Assembly (NCBI RefSeq): GCF_009914755.1
Contig: NC_060941.1
Origin: the human T2T-CHM13v2.0 reference genome, Homo sapiens
Strand: one strand, 5' to 3'
DNA length: 64,000 nucleotides
Below the pieces are notes generated by a model, which was not told where the DNA came from, ran no database searches, and saw nothing but the letters and a program-made list of their open reading frames with translations. Shown here piece by piece: positions 24,901 through 39,900 of this stretch. Every line of letters begins with the position of its first letter. The stretch's first letter is position 1. The position numbers were made by a program, and so were the translations under genes.

Positions 24901-27900
24901 TAAAGGGAATAGCTTCATAGAAAAACTAGACAGAAGCATTCTCAGAAAATACTTTGTGATGATTGAGTTTAACTCACAGAGCTGAACATTCCTTTGGATG
25001 GAGCAGGTTTGAGACACACTTTTTGTAGAATCTACAAGTGGATATTTGGACCTCTCTGAGGATTTCGTTGGAAACGGGATAACTGCACCTAACTAAACGG
25101 AAGCATTCTCAGAAACTTCTTGGTGATGTTTGCATTCAAATCCCAGAGTCGAACCTTCCTTTGATAGTTCAGGTTTGAAACACTCTTTTTGTAGGATCTG
25201 CAAGTGGATATTTGGACCACTCTGTGGCCTTCGTTCGAAACGGGTATATCTTCGCATAAAATCTAGACAGAAGCCTTCTCAGAAACTTCTCTGTGATGAT
25301 TGCATTCAACTCACAGAGTTGAACCCTCCTATGGATAGAGCAGTGTTGAAACTCTCTTTTTGTGGAATCTGCAAGTGGATATGTGGACCTCTCCGAAGAT
25401 GTCTTTGGAAACGGGAATATCTTCACATAAAAACTAAACAGAAGCATTCTCAGAAACTTCTCTGTGATGTTTGTGTTCAACTCCCAGAGTTTCACATTGC
25501 TTTTCATAGAGTAGTTCTGAAACATGCTTTTCGTAGTGTCTACAAGTGGACATTTGGAGCGCTTTCAGGCCTGTGGTGGAAAACGAATTATGGTCACATA
25601 AAAACTGGAGAGAAGCATTGTCAGAAACTTCTTTGTGATGATTGCATTCAACTCACAGAGTTGAAGGTTCCTTTTCAAAGAGCAGTTTCCAATCACTCTT
25701 TCTGTGGAATCTGCAAGTGGATATTTGGACCTATTTTGAAGATTTCGTTGGAAACGGGAGAATCTTCACAGGAAAGCTAAACAGAAGCATTCTCAGAAAC
25801 TTCTTTGTGATGCTTGCATTCAACTCACAGAGTTGAACTTTCCTTTCGAGAGAGAAGCTTTGAAACACTCTTTTTCCAGAATCTGCAAGTGGACATTTGG
25901 AGGGCTTTGAGGCCTGTGGTGGAAAAGGAATTATCTTCCCGTAAAAGCTAGATAGAAGCATTCTCAGAAACTACTTTGTGATGATTGCATTCAAGTCACA
26001 GAGTTGAACATTCCCTTTGACAGAGCAGTTTGGAAACTCTCTTTGTGTAGAATCTGCAAGTGGAGATATGGACCGCTTTGAGGCCTATGGTAGTAAAGGA
26101 AATAGCTTCATATAAAAGCTAGACAGTAGCATTCACAGAAAACTCTTGGTGACGACTGAGTTTAACTCACAGAGCTGAACATTCCTTTGGATGGAGCAGT
26201 TTCGAAACACACTATTTGTAGAATGTGCAAGTGGATATTTAGGCCTCTCCGAGGATTTCGTTGGAAACGGGATAAACCGCACAGAACTAAACAGAAGCAT
26301 TCTCAGAACCTTCTTCGTGATGTTTGCATTCAACTCACAGTGTTGAACCTTTCTTTGATAGTTCAGGTTTGAAACGGTCTTTCTGTAGAAACTGCAAGTA
26401 GATATTTGGACCTCTCTGAGGATTTCGTTGGAAACGGGATAACCCGCACAGAACTAAAACAGAAGCATTCTCAGAACCCTCTTCGTGATGTTTGCATTCA
26501 ACTCACAGTGCTGAACCTTTCTTTGATAGTTCAGCTTTGAAACACTCTTTTTGTAGAAACTGCAAGTGGATATTTGGTCCTCTCTGAGCATTTCATTGGA
26601 AACGGGATAAACTGCACAGAACTAAACAGAAGCATTCTCAGAACCTTCTTCGTGATGTCTGCATTCAACTCACAGTGTGGAACCTTTCTTTGATAGTTCA
26701 GGTTTGAAACACTCTTTCTGTAGAAACTGCAAGGGGATAATTGCACTCTTTGAGGAGTACCGTAGTAAAGGAAATAACTTCCTATAAAAAGAAGACAGAA
26801 GCTTTCTCAGAAAATTCTTTGGGATGATTGAGTTGAACTCACAGAGCTGAGCATTCCTTGCGATGTAGCAGTTTAGAAACACACTTTCTGCAGAATCTGC
26901 AAGTGCATATTTGGACCTCTGTGAGGAATTCGTTGGAAACGGGATAATTTCAGCTGACTAAACAGAAGCAGTCTCAGAATCTTCTTTGTGATGTTTGCAT
27001 TCAAATCCCCGAGTTGAACTTTCCTTTCAAAGTTCACGTTTGAAACACTCTTTTTGCAGGATCTACAAGTGGATATTTGGACCACTCTGTGTCCTTCGTT
27101 CGAAACGGGTATATCTTCACATGACATCTAGACAGAAGCATCCTCAGAAGCTTCTCTGTGATGACTGCATTCAACTCACGGAGTTGAACACTCCTTTTGA
27201 GAGCGCAGTTTTGAAACTCTCTTTCTGTGGCATCTGCAAGGGGACATGTAGACCTCTTTGAAGATTTCGTTGGAAACGGAATCATCTTCACATAAAAACT
27301 ACACAGATGCATTCTCAGGAACTTTTTGGTGATGTTTGTATTCAACTCCCAGAGTTGAACTTTCCTTTGGAAAGAGCAGCTATGAAACACTGTTTTTCTA
27401 GAATCTGCAAGTGGACGTTTGGAGGGCTTTGTGGTTTGTGGTGGAAAAGGAAATATCTTCACCTAAATACTAGATAGAAGCATTCTCAGAAACTGCTTTG
27501 TGATGATTGCATTCACCTCACAGAGTTGAACATTCCTATTGATAGAGCAGTTTGGAAACACTCTTGTTGTGGAATGTGCAAGTGGAGATTTGGAGCGCTT
27601 TGAGGCCTATGGTAGTAAAGGGAATAGCTTCATAGAAAAACTAGACAGAAGCATTCTCAGAAAATACTTTGTGATGATTGAGTTTAACTCACAGAGCTGA
27701 ACATTCCTTTGGATGGAGCAGGTTTGAGACACACTTTTTGTAGAATCTACAAGTGGATATTTGGACCTCTCTGAGGATTTCGTTGGAAACGGGATAACTG
27801 CACCTAACTAAACGGAAGCATTCTCAGAAACTTCTTGGTGATGTTTGCATTCAAATCCCAGAGTTGAACCTTCCTTTGATAGTTCAGGTTTGAAACACTC

Positions 27901-30900
27901 TTTTTGTAGGATCTGCAAGTGGATATTTGGACCACTCTGTGGCCTTCGTTCGAAACGGGTATATCTTCGCATAAAATCTAGACAGAAGCCTTCTCAGAAA
28001 CTTCTCTGTGATGATTGCATTCAACTCACAGAGTTGAACCCTCCTATGGATAGAGCAGTGTTGAAACTCTCTTTTTGTGGAATCTGCAAGTGGATATGTG
28101 GACCTCTCCGAAGATGTCTTTGGAAACGGGAATATCTTCACATAAAAACTAAACAGAAGCATTCTCAGAAACTTCTCTGTGATGTTTGTGTTCAACTCCC
28201 AGAGTTTCACATTGCTTTTCATAGAGTAGTTCTGAAACATGCTTTTCGTAGTGTCTACAAGTGGACATTTGGAGCGCTTTCAGGCCTGTGGTGGAAAACG
28301 AATTATGGTCACATAAAAACTGGAGAGAAGCATTGTCAGAAACTTCTTTGTGATGATTGCATTCAACTCACAGAGTTGAAGGTTCCTTTTCAAAGAGCAG
28401 TTTCCAATCACTCTTTCTGTGGAATCTGCAAGTGGATATTTGGACCTATTTTGAAGATTTCGTTGGAAACGGGAGAATCTTCACAGGAAAGCTAAACAGA
28501 AGCATTCTCAGAAACTTCTTTGTGATGCTTGCATTCAACTCACAGAGTTGAACTTTCCTTTCGAGAGAGAAGCTTTGAAACACTCTTTTTCCAGAATCTG
28601 CAAGTGGACATTTGGAGGGCTTTGAGGCCTGTGGTGGAAAAGGAATTATCTTCCCGTAAAAGCTAGATAGAAGCATTCTCAGAAACTACTTTGTGATGAT
28701 TGCATTCAAGTCACAGAGTTGAACATTCCCTTTGACAGAGCAGTTTGGAAACTCTCTTTGTGTAGAATCTGCAAGTGGAGATACGGACCGCTTTGAGGCC
28801 TATGGTAGTAAAGGAAATAGCTTCATATAAAAGCTAGACAGTAGCATTCACAGAAAACTCTTGGTGACGACTGAGTTTAACTCACAGAGCTGAACATTCC
28901 TTTGGATGGAGCAGTTTCGAAACACACTATTTGTAGAATGTGCAAGTGGATATTTAGGCCTCTCTGAGGATTTCGTTGGAAACGGGATAAACCGCACAGA
29001 ACTAAACAGAAGCATTCTCAGAACCTTCTTCGTGATGTTTGCATTCAACTCACAGTGTTGAACCTTTCTTTGATAGTTCAGGTTTGAAACGGTCTTTCTG
29101 TAGAAACTGCAAGTAGATATTTGGACCTCTCTGAGGATTTCGTTGGAAACGGGATAACCCGCACAGAACTAAAACAGAAGCATTCTCAGAACCCTCTTCG
29201 TGATGTTTGCATTCAACTCACAGTGCTGAACCTTTCTTTGATAGTTCAGCTTTGAAACACTCTTTTTGTAGAAACTGCAAGTGGATATTTGGTCCTCTCT
29301 GAGCATTTCATTGGAAACGGGATAAACTGCACAGAACTAAACAGAAGCATTCTCAGAACCTTCTTCGTGATGTCTGCATTCAACTCACAGTGTGGAACCT
29401 TTCTTTGATAGTTCAGGTTTGAAACACTCTTTCTGTAGAAACTGCAAGGGGATAATTGCACTCTTTGAGGAGTACCGTAGTAAAGGAAATAACTTCCTAT
29501 AAAAAGAAGACAGAAGCTTTCTCAGAAAATTCTTTGGGATGATTGAGTTGAACTCACAGAGCTGAGCATTCCTTGCGATGTAGCAGTTTAGAAACACACT
29601 TTCTGCAGAATCTGCAAGTGCATATTTGGACCTCTGTGAGGAATTCGTTGGAAACGGGATAATTTCAGCTGACTAAACAGAAGCAGTCTCAGAATCTTCT
29701 TTGTGATGTTTGCATTCAAATCCCCGAGTTGAACTTTCCTTTCAAAGTTCACGTTTGAAACACTCTTTTTGCAGGATCTACAAGTGGATATTTGGACCAC
29801 TCTGTGTCCTTCGTTCGAAACGGGTATATCTTCACATGACATCTAGACAGAAGCATCCTCAGAAGCTTCTCTGTGATGACTGCATTCAACTCACGGAGTT
29901 GAACACTCCTTTTGAGAGCGCAGTTTTGAAACTCTCTTTCTGTGGCATCTGCAAGGGGACATGTAGACCTCTTTGAAGATTTCGTTGGAAACGGAATCAT
30001 CTTCACATAAAAACTACACAGATGCATTCTCAGGAACTTTTTGGTGATGTTTGTATTCAACTCCCAGAGTTGAACTTTCCTTTGGAAAGAGCAGCTATGA
30101 AACACTGTTTTTCTAGAATCTGCAAGTGGACGTTTGGAGGGCTTTGTGGTTTGTGGTGGAAAAGGAAATATCTTCACCTAAATACTAGATAGAAGCATTC
30201 TCAGAAACTGCTTTGTGATGATTGCATTCACCTCACAGAGTTGAACATTCCTATTGATAGAGCAGTTTGGAAACACTCTTGTTGTGGAATGTGCAAGTGG
30301 AGATTTGGAGCGCTTTGAGGCCTATGGTAGTAAAGGGAATAGCTTCATAGAAAAACTAGACAGAAGCATTCTCAGAAAATACTTTGTGATGATTGAGTTT
30401 AACTCACAGAGCTGAACATTCCTTTGGATGGAGCAGGTTTGAGACACACTTTTTGTAGAATCTACAAGTGGATATTTGGACCTCTCTGAGGATTTCGTTG
30501 GAAACGGGATAACTGCACCTAACTAAACGGAAGCATTCTCAGAAACTTCTTGGTGATGTTTGCATTCAAATCCCAGAGTCGAACCTTCCTTTGATAGTTC
30601 AGGTTTGAAACACTCTTTTTGTAGGATCTGCAAGTGGATATTTGGACCACTCTGTGGCCTTCGTTCGAAACGGGTATATCTTCGCATAAAATCTAGACAG
30701 AAGCCTTCTCAGAAACTTCTCTGTGATGATTGCATTCAACTCACAGAGTTGAACCCTCCTATGGATAGAGCAGTGTTGAAACTCTCTTTTTGTGGAATCT
30801 GCAAGTGGATATGTGGACCTCTCCGAAGATGTCTTTGGAAACGGGAATATCTTCACATAAAAACTAAACAGAAGCATTCTCAGAAACTTCTCTGTGATGT

Positions 30901-33900
30901 TTGTGTTCAACTCCCAGAGTTTCACATTGCTTTTCATAGAGTAGTTCTGAAACATGCTTTTCGTAGTGTCTACAAGTGGACATTTGGAGCGCTTTCAGGC
31001 CTGTGGTGGAAAACGAATTATGGTCACATAAAAACTGGAGAGAAGCATTGTCAGAAACTTCTTTGTGATGATTGCATTCAACTCACAGAGTTGAAGGTTC
31101 CTTTTCAAAGAGCAGTTTCCAATCACTCTTTCTGTGGAATCTGCAAGTGGATATTTGGACCTATTTTGAAGATTTCGTTGGAAACGGGAGAATCTTCACA
31201 GGAAAGCTAAACAGAAGCATTCTCAGAAACTTCTTTGTGATGCTTGCATTCAACTCACAGAGTTGAACTTTCCTTTCGAGAGAGAAGCTTTGAAACACTC
31301 TTTTTCCAGAATCTGCAAGTGGACATTTGGAGGGCTTTGAGGCCTGTGGTGGAAAAGGAATTATCTTCCCGTAAAAGCTAGATAGAAGCATTCTCAGAAA
31401 CTACTTTGTGATGATTGCATTCAAGTCACAGAGTTGAACATTCCCTTTGACAGAGCAGTTTGGAAACTCTCTTTGTGTAGAATCTGCAAGTGGAGATATG
31501 GACCGCTTTGAGGCCTATGGTAGTAAAGGAAATAGCTTCATATAAAAGCTAGACAGTAGCATTCACAGAAAACTCTTGGTGACGACTGAGTTTAACTCAC
31601 AGAGCTGAACATTCCTTTGGATGGAGCAGTTTCGAAACACACTATTTGTAGAATGTGCAAGTGGATATTTAGGCCTCTCTGAGGATTTCGTTGGAAACGG
31701 GATAAACCGCACAGAACTAAACAGAAGCATTCTCAGAACCTTCTTCGTGATGTTTGCATTCAACTCACAGTGTTGAACCTTTCTTTGATAGTTCAGGTTT
31801 CAAACGGTCTTTCTGTAGAAACTGCAAGTAGATATTTGGACCTCTCTGAGGATTTCGTTGGAAACGGGATAACCCGCACAGAACTAAAACAGAAGCATTC
31901 TCAGAACCCTCTTCGTGATGTTTGCATTCAACTCACAGTGCTGAACCTTTCTTTGATAGTTCAGCTTTGAAACACTCTTTTTGTAGAAACTGCAAGTGGA
32001 TATTTGGTCCTCTCTGAGCATTTCGTTGGAAACGGGATAAACTGCACAGAACTAAACAGAAGCATTCTCAGAACCTTCTTCGTGATGTCTGCATTCAACT
32101 CACAGTGTGGAACCTTTCTTTGATAGTTCAGGTTTGAAACACTCTTTCTGTAGAAACTGCAAGGGGATAATTGCACTCTTTGAGGAGTACCGTAGTAAAG
32201 GAAATAACTTCCTATAAAAAGAAGACAGAAGCTTTCTCAGAAAATTCTTTGGGATGATTGAGTTGAACTCACAGAGCTGAGCATTCCTTGCGATGTAGCA
32301 GTTTAGAAACACACTTTCTGCAGAATCTGCAAGTGCATATTTGGACCTCTGTGAGGAATTCGTTGGAAACGGGATAATTTCAGCTGACTAAACAGAAGCA
32401 GTCTCAGAATCTTCTTTGTGATGTTTGCATTCAAATCCCCGAGTTGAACTTTCCTTTCAAAGTTCACGTTTGAAACACTCTTTTTGCAGGATCTACAAGT
32501 GGATATTTGGACCACTCTGTGTCCTTCGTTCGAAACGGGTATATCTTCACATGACATCTAGACAGAAGCATCCTCAGAAGCTTCTCTGTGATGACTGCAT
32601 TCAACTCACGGAGTTGAACACTCCTTTTGAGAGCGCAGTTTTGAAACTCTCTTTCTGTGGCATCTGCAAGGGGACATGTAGACCTCTTTGAAGATTTCGT
32701 TGGAAACGGAATCATCTTCACATAAAAACTACACAGATGCATTCTCAGGAACTTTTTGGTGATGTTTGTATTCAACTCCCAGAGTTGAACTTTCCTTTGG
32801 AAAGAGCAGCTATGAAACACTCTTTTTCTAGAATCTGCAAGTGGACGTTTGGAGGGCTTTGTGGTTTGTGGTGGAAAAGGAAATATCTTCACCTAAATAC
32901 TAGATAGAAGCATTCTCAGAAACTGCTTTGTGATGATTGCATTCACCTCACAGAGTTGAACATTCCTATTGATAGAGCAGTTTGGAAACACTCTTGTTGT
33001 GGAATGTGCAAGTGGAGATTTGGAGCGCTTTGAGGCCTATGGTAGTAAAGGGAATAGCTTCATAGAAAAACTAGACAGAAGCATTCTCAGAAAATACTTT
33101 GTGATGATTGAGTTTAACTCACAGAGCTGAACATTCCTTTGGATGGAGCAGGTTTGAGACACACTTTTTGTAGAATCTACAAGTGGATATTTGGACCTCT
33201 CTGAGGATTTCGTTGGAAACGGGATAACTGCACCTAACTAAACGGAAGCATTCTCAGAAACTTCTTGGTGATGTTTGCATTCAAATCCCAGAGTCGAACC
33301 TTCCTTTGATAGTTCAGGTTTGAAACACTCTTTTTGTAGGATCTGCAAGTGGATATTTGGACCACTCTGTGGCCTTCGTTCGAAACGGGTATATCTTCGC
33401 ATAAAATCTAGACAGAAGCCTTCTCAGAAACTTCTCTGTGATGATTGCATTCAACTCACAGAGTTGAACCCTCCTATGGATAGAGCAGTGTTGAAACTCT
33501 CTTTTTGTGGAATCTGCAAGTGGATATGTGGACCTCTCCGAAGATGTCTTTGGAAACGGGAATATCTTCACATAAAAACTAAACAGAAGCATTCTCAGAA
33601 ACTTCTCTGTGATGTTTGTGTTCAACTCCCAGAGTTTCACATTGCTTTTCATAGAGTAGTTCTGAAACATGCTTTTCGTAGTGTCTACAAGTGGACATTT
33701 GGAGCGCTTTCAGGCCTGTGGTGGAAAACGAATTATGGTCACATAAAAACTGGAGAGAAGCATTGTCAGAAACTTCTTTGTGATGATTGCATTCAACTCA
33801 CAGAGTTGAAGGTTCCTTTTCAAAGAGCAGTTTCCAATCACTCTTTCTGTGGAATCTGCAAGTGGATATTTGGACCTATTTTGAAGATTTCGTTGGAAAC

Positions 33901-36900
33901 GGGAGAATCTTCACAGGAAAGCTAAACAGAAGCATTCTCAGAAACTTCTTTGTGATGCTTGCATTCAACTCACAGAGTTGAACTTTCCTTTCGAGAGAGA
34001 AGCTTTGAAACACTCTTTTTCCAGAATCTGCAAGTGGACATTTGGAGGGCTTTGAGGCCTGTGGTGGAAAAGGAATTATCTTCCCGTAAAAGCTAGATAG
34101 AAGCATTCTCAGAAACTACTTTGTGATGATTGCATTCAAGTCACAGAGTTGAACATTCCCTTTGACAGAGCAGTTTGGAAACTCTCTTTGTGTAGAATCT
34201 GCAAGTGGAGATATGGACCGCTTTGAGGCCTATGGTAGTAAAGGAAATAGCTTCATATAAAAGCTAGACAGTAGCATTCACAGAAAACTCTTGGTGACGA
34301 CTGAGTTTAACTCACAGAGCTGAACATTCCTTTGGATGGAGCAGTTTCGAAACACACTATTTGTAGAATGTGCAAGTGGATATTTAGGCCTCTCTGAGGA
34401 TTTCGTTGGAAACGGGATAAACCGCACAGAACTAAACAGAAGCATTCTCAGAACCTTCTTCGTGATGTTTGCATTCAACTCACAGTGTTGAACCTTTCTT
34501 TGATAGTTCAGGTTTCAAACGGTCTTTCTGTAGAAACTGCAAGTAGATATTTGGACCTCTCTGAGGATTTCGTTGGAAACGGGATAACCCGCACAGAACT
34601 AAAACAGAAGCATTCTCAGAACCCTCTTCGTGATGTTTGCATTCAACTCACAGTGCTGAACCTTTCTTTGATAGTTCAGCTTTGAAACACTCTTTTTGTA
34701 GAAACTGCAAGTGGATATTTGGTCCTCTCTGAGCATTTCGTTGGAAACGGGATAAACTGCACAGAACTAAACAGAAGCATTCTCAGAACCTTCTTCGTGA
34801 TGTCTGCATTCAACTCACAGTGTGGAACCTTTCTTTGATAGTTCAGGTTTGAAACACTCTTTCTGTAGAAACTGCAAGGGGATAATTGCACTCTTTGAGG
34901 AGTACCGTAGTAAAGGAAATAACTTCCTATAAAAAGAAGACAGAAGCTTTCTCAGAAAATTCTTTGGGATGATTGAGTTGAACTCACAGAGCTGAGCATT
35001 CCTTGCGATGTAGCAGTTTAGAAACACACTTTCTGCAGAATCTGCAAGTGCATATTTGGACCTCTGTGAGGAATTCGTTGGAAACGGGATAATTTCAGCT
35101 GACTAAACAGAAGCAGTCTCAGAATCTTCTTTGTGATGTTTGCATTCAAATCCCCGAGTTGAACTTTCCTTTCAAAGTTCACGTTTGAAACACTCTTTTT
35201 GCAGGATCTACAAGTGGATATTTGGACCACTCTGTGTCCTTCGTTCGAAACGGGTATATCTTCACATGACATCTAGACAGAAGCATCCTCAGAAGCTTCT
35301 CTGTGATGACTGCATTCAACTCACGGAGTTGAACACTCCTTTTGAGAGCGCAGTTTTGAAACTCTCTTTCTGTGGCATCTGCAAGGGGACATGTAGACCT
35401 CTTTGAAGATTTCGTTGGAAACGGAATCATCTTCACATAAAAACTACACAGATGCATTCTCAGGAACTTTTTGGTGATGTTTGTATTCAACTCCCAGAGT
35501 TGAACTTTCCTTTGGAAAGAGCAGCTATGAAACACTCTTTTTCTAGATTCTGCAAGTGGACGTTTGGAGGGCTTTGTGGTTTGTGGTGGAAAAGGAAATA
35601 TCTTCACCTAAATACTAGATAGAAGCATTCTCAGAAACTGCTTTGTGATGATTGCATTCACCTCACAGAGTTGAACATTCCTATTGATAGAGCAGTTTGG
35701 AAACACTCTTGTTGTGGAATGTGCAAGTGGAGATTTGGAGCGCTTTGAGGCCTATGGTAGTAAAGGGAATAGCTTCATAGAAAAACTAGACAGAAGCATT
35801 CTCAGAAAATACTTTGTGATGATTGAGTTTAACTCACAGAGCTGAACATTCCTTTGGATGGAGCAGGTTTGAGACACACTTTTTGTAGAATCTACAAGTG
35901 GATATTTGGACCTCTCTGAGGATTTCGTTGGAAACGGGATAACTGCACCTAACTAAACGGAAGCATTCTCAGAAACTTCTTGGTGATGTTTGCATTCAAA
36001 TCCCAGAGTCGAACCTTCCTTTGATAGTTCAGGTTTGAAACACTCTTTTTGTAGGATCTGCAAGTGGATATTTGGACCACTCTGTGGCCTTCGTTCGAAA
36101 CGGGTATATCTTCGCATAAAATCTAGACAGAAGCCTTCTCAGAAACTTCTCTGTGATGATTGCATTCAACTCACAGAGTTGAACCCTCCTATGGATAGAG
36201 CAGTGTTGAAACTCTCTTTTTGTGGAATCTGCAAGTGGATATGTGGACCTCTCCGAAGATGTCTTTGGAAACGGGAATATCTTCACATAAAAACTAAACA
36301 GAAGCATTCTCAGAAACTTCTCTGTGATGTTTGTGTTCAACTCCCAGAGTTTCACATTGCTTTTCATAGAGTAGTTCTGAAACATGCTTTTCGTAGTGTC
36401 TACAAGTGGACATTTGGAGCGCTTTCAGGCCTGTGGTGGAAAACGAATTATGGTCACATAAAAACTGGAGAGAAGCATTGTCAGAAACTTCTTTGTGATG
36501 ATTGCATTCAACTCACAGAGTTGAAGGTTCCTTTTCAAAGAGCAGTTTCCAATCACTCTTTCTGTGGAATCTGCAAGTGGATATTTGGACCTATTTTGAA
36601 GATTTCGTTGGAAACGGGAGAATCTTCACAGGAAAGCTAAACAGAAGCATTCTCAGAAACTTCTTTGTGATGCTTGCATTCAACTCACAGAGTTGAACTT
36701 TCCTTTCGAGAGAGAAGCTTTGAAACACTCTTTTTCCAGAATCTGCAAGTGGACATTTGGAGGGCTTTGAGGCCTGTGGTGGAAAAGGAATTATCTTCCC
36801 GTAAAAGCTAGATAGAAGCATTCTCAGAAACTACTTTGTGATGATTGCATTCAAGTCACAGAGTTGAACATTCCCTTTGACAGAGCAGTTTGGAAACTCT

Positions 36901-39900
36901 CTTTGTGTAGAATCTGCAAGTGGAGATATGGACCGCTTTGAGGCCTATGGTAGTAAAGGAAATAGCTTCATATAAAAGCTAGACAGTAGCATTCACAGAA
37001 AACTCTTGGTGACGACTGAGTTTAACTCACAGAGCTGAACATTCCTTTGGATGGAGCAGTTTCGAAACACACTATTTGTAGAATGTGCAAGTGGATATTT
37101 AGGCCTCTCTGAGGATTTCGTTGGAAACGGGATAAACCGCACAGAACTAAACAGAAGCATTCTCAGAACCTTCCTCGTGATGTTTGCATTCAACTCACAG
37201 TGTTGAACCTTTCTTTGATAGTTCAGGTTTCAAACGGTCTTTCTGTAGAAACTGCAAGTAGATATTTGGACCTCTCTGAGGATTTCGTTGGAAACGGGAT
37301 AACCCGCACAGAACTAAAACAGAAGCATTCTCAGAACCCTCTTCGTGATGTTTGCATTCAACTCACAGTGCTGAACCTTTCTTTGATAGTTCAGCTTTGA
37401 AACACTCTTTTTGTAGAAACTGCAAGTGGATATTTGGTCCTCTCTGAGCATTTCGTTGGAAACGGGATAAACTGCACAGAACTAAACAGAAGCATTCTCA
37501 GAACCTTCTTCGTGATGTCTGCATTCAACTCACAGTGTGGAACCTTTCTTTGATAGTTCAGGTTTGAAACACTCTTTCTGTAGAAACTGCAAGGGGATAA
37601 TTGCACTCTTTGAGGAGTACCGTAGTAAAGGAAATAACTTCCTATAAAAAGAAGACAGAAGCTTTCTCAGAAAATTCTTTGGGATGATTGAGTTGAACTC
37701 ACAGAGCTGAGCATTCCTTGCGATGTAGCAGTTTAGAAACACACTTTCTGCAGAATCTGCAAGTGCATATTTGGACCTCTGTGAGGAATTCGTTGGAAAC
37801 GGGATAATTTCAGCTGACTAAACAGAAGCAGTCTCAGAATCTTCTTTGTGATGTTTGCATTCAAATCCCCGAGTTGAACTTTCCTTTCAAAGTTCACGTT
37901 TGAAACACTCTTTTTGCAGGATCTACAAGTGGATATTTGGACCACTCTGTGTCCTTCGTTCGAAACGGGTATATCTTCACATGACATCTAGACAGAAGCA
38001 TCCTCAGAAGCTTCTCTGTGATGACTGCATTCAACTCACGGAGTTGAACACTCCTTTTGAGAGCGCAGTTTTGAAACTCTCTTTCTGTGGCATCTGCAAG
38101 GGGACATGTAGACCTCTTTGAAGATTTCGTTGGAAACGGAATCATCTTCACATAAAAACTACACAGATGCATTCTCAGGAACTTTTTGGTGATGTTTGTA
38201 TTCAACTCCCAGAGTTGAACTTTCCTTTGGAAAGAGCAGCTATGAAACACTCTTTTTCTAGAATCTGCAAGTGGACGTTTGGAGGGCTTTGTGGTTTGTG
38301 GTGGAAAAGGAAATATCTTCACCTAAATACTAGATAGAAGCATTCTCAGAAACTGCTTTGTGATGATTGCATTCACCTCACAGAGTTGAACATTCCTATT
38401 GATAGAGCAGTTTGGAAACACTCTTGTTGTGGAATGTGCAAGTGGAGATTTGGAGCGCTTTGAGGCCTATGGTAGTAAAGGGAATAGCTTCATAGAAAAA
38501 CTAGACAGAAGCATTCTCAGAAAATACTTTGTGATGATTGAGTTTAACTCACAGAGCTGAACATTCCTTTGGATGGAGCAGGTTTGAGACACACTTTTTG
38601 TAGAATCTACAAGTGGATATTTGGACCTCTCTGAGGATTTCGTTGGAAACGGGATAACTGCACCTAACTAAACGGAAGCATTCTCAGAAACTTCTTGGTG
38701 ATGTTTGCATTCAAATCCCAGAGTTGAACCTTCCTTTGATAGTTCAGGTTTGAAACACTCTTTTTGTAGGATCTGCAAGTGGATATTTGGACCACTCTGT
38801 GGCCTTCGTTCGAAACGGGTATATCTTCGCATAAAATCTAGACAGAAGCCTTCTCAGAAACTTCTCTGTGATGATTGCATTCAACTCACAGAGTTGAACC
38901 CTCCTATGGATAGAGCAGTGTTGAAACTCTCTTTTTGTGGAATCTGCAAGTGGATATGTGGACCTCTCCGAAGATGTCTTTGGAAACGGGAATATCTTCA
39001 CATAAAAACTAAACAGAAGCATTCTCAGAAACTTCTCTGTGATGTTTGTGTTCAACTCCCAGAGTTTCACATTGCTTTTCATAGAGTAGTTCTGAAACAT
39101 GCTTTTCGTAGTGTCTACAAGTGGACATTTGGAGCGCTTTCAGGCCTGTGGTGGAAAACGAATTATGGTCACATAAAAACTGGAGAGAAGCATTGTCAGA
39201 AACTTCTTTGTGATGATTGCATTCAACTCACAGAGTTGAAGGTTCCTTTTCAAAGAGCAGTTTCCAATCACTCTTTCTGTGGAATCTGCAAGTGGATATT
39301 TGGACCTATTTTGAAGATTTCGTTGGAAACGGGAGAATCTTCACAGGAAAGCTAAACAGAAGCATTCTCAGAAACTTCTTTGTGATGCTTGCATTCAACT
39401 CACAGAGTTGAACTTTCCTTTCGAGAGAGAAGCTTGGAAACACTCTTTTTCCAGAATCTGCAAGTGGACATTTGGAGGGCTTTGAGGCCTGTGGTGGAAA
39501 AGGAATTATCTTCCCGTAAAAGCTAGATAGAAGCATTCTCAGAAACTACTTTGTGATGATTGCATTCAAGTCACAGAGTTGAACATTCCCTTTGACAGAG
39601 CAGTTTGGAAACTCTCTTTGTGTAGAATCTGCAAGTGGAGATATGGACCGCTTTGAGGCCTATGGTAGTAAAGGAAATAGCTTCATATAAAAGCTAGACA
39701 GTAGCATTCACAGAAAACTCTTGGTGACGACTGAGTTTAACTCACAGAGCTGAACATTCCTTTGGATGGAGCAGTTTCGAAACACACTATTTGTAGAATG
39801 TGCAAGTGGATATTTAGGCCTCTCTGAGGATTTCGTTGGAAACGGGATAAACCGCACAGAACTAAACAGAAGCATTCTCAGAACCTTCTTCGTGATGTTT

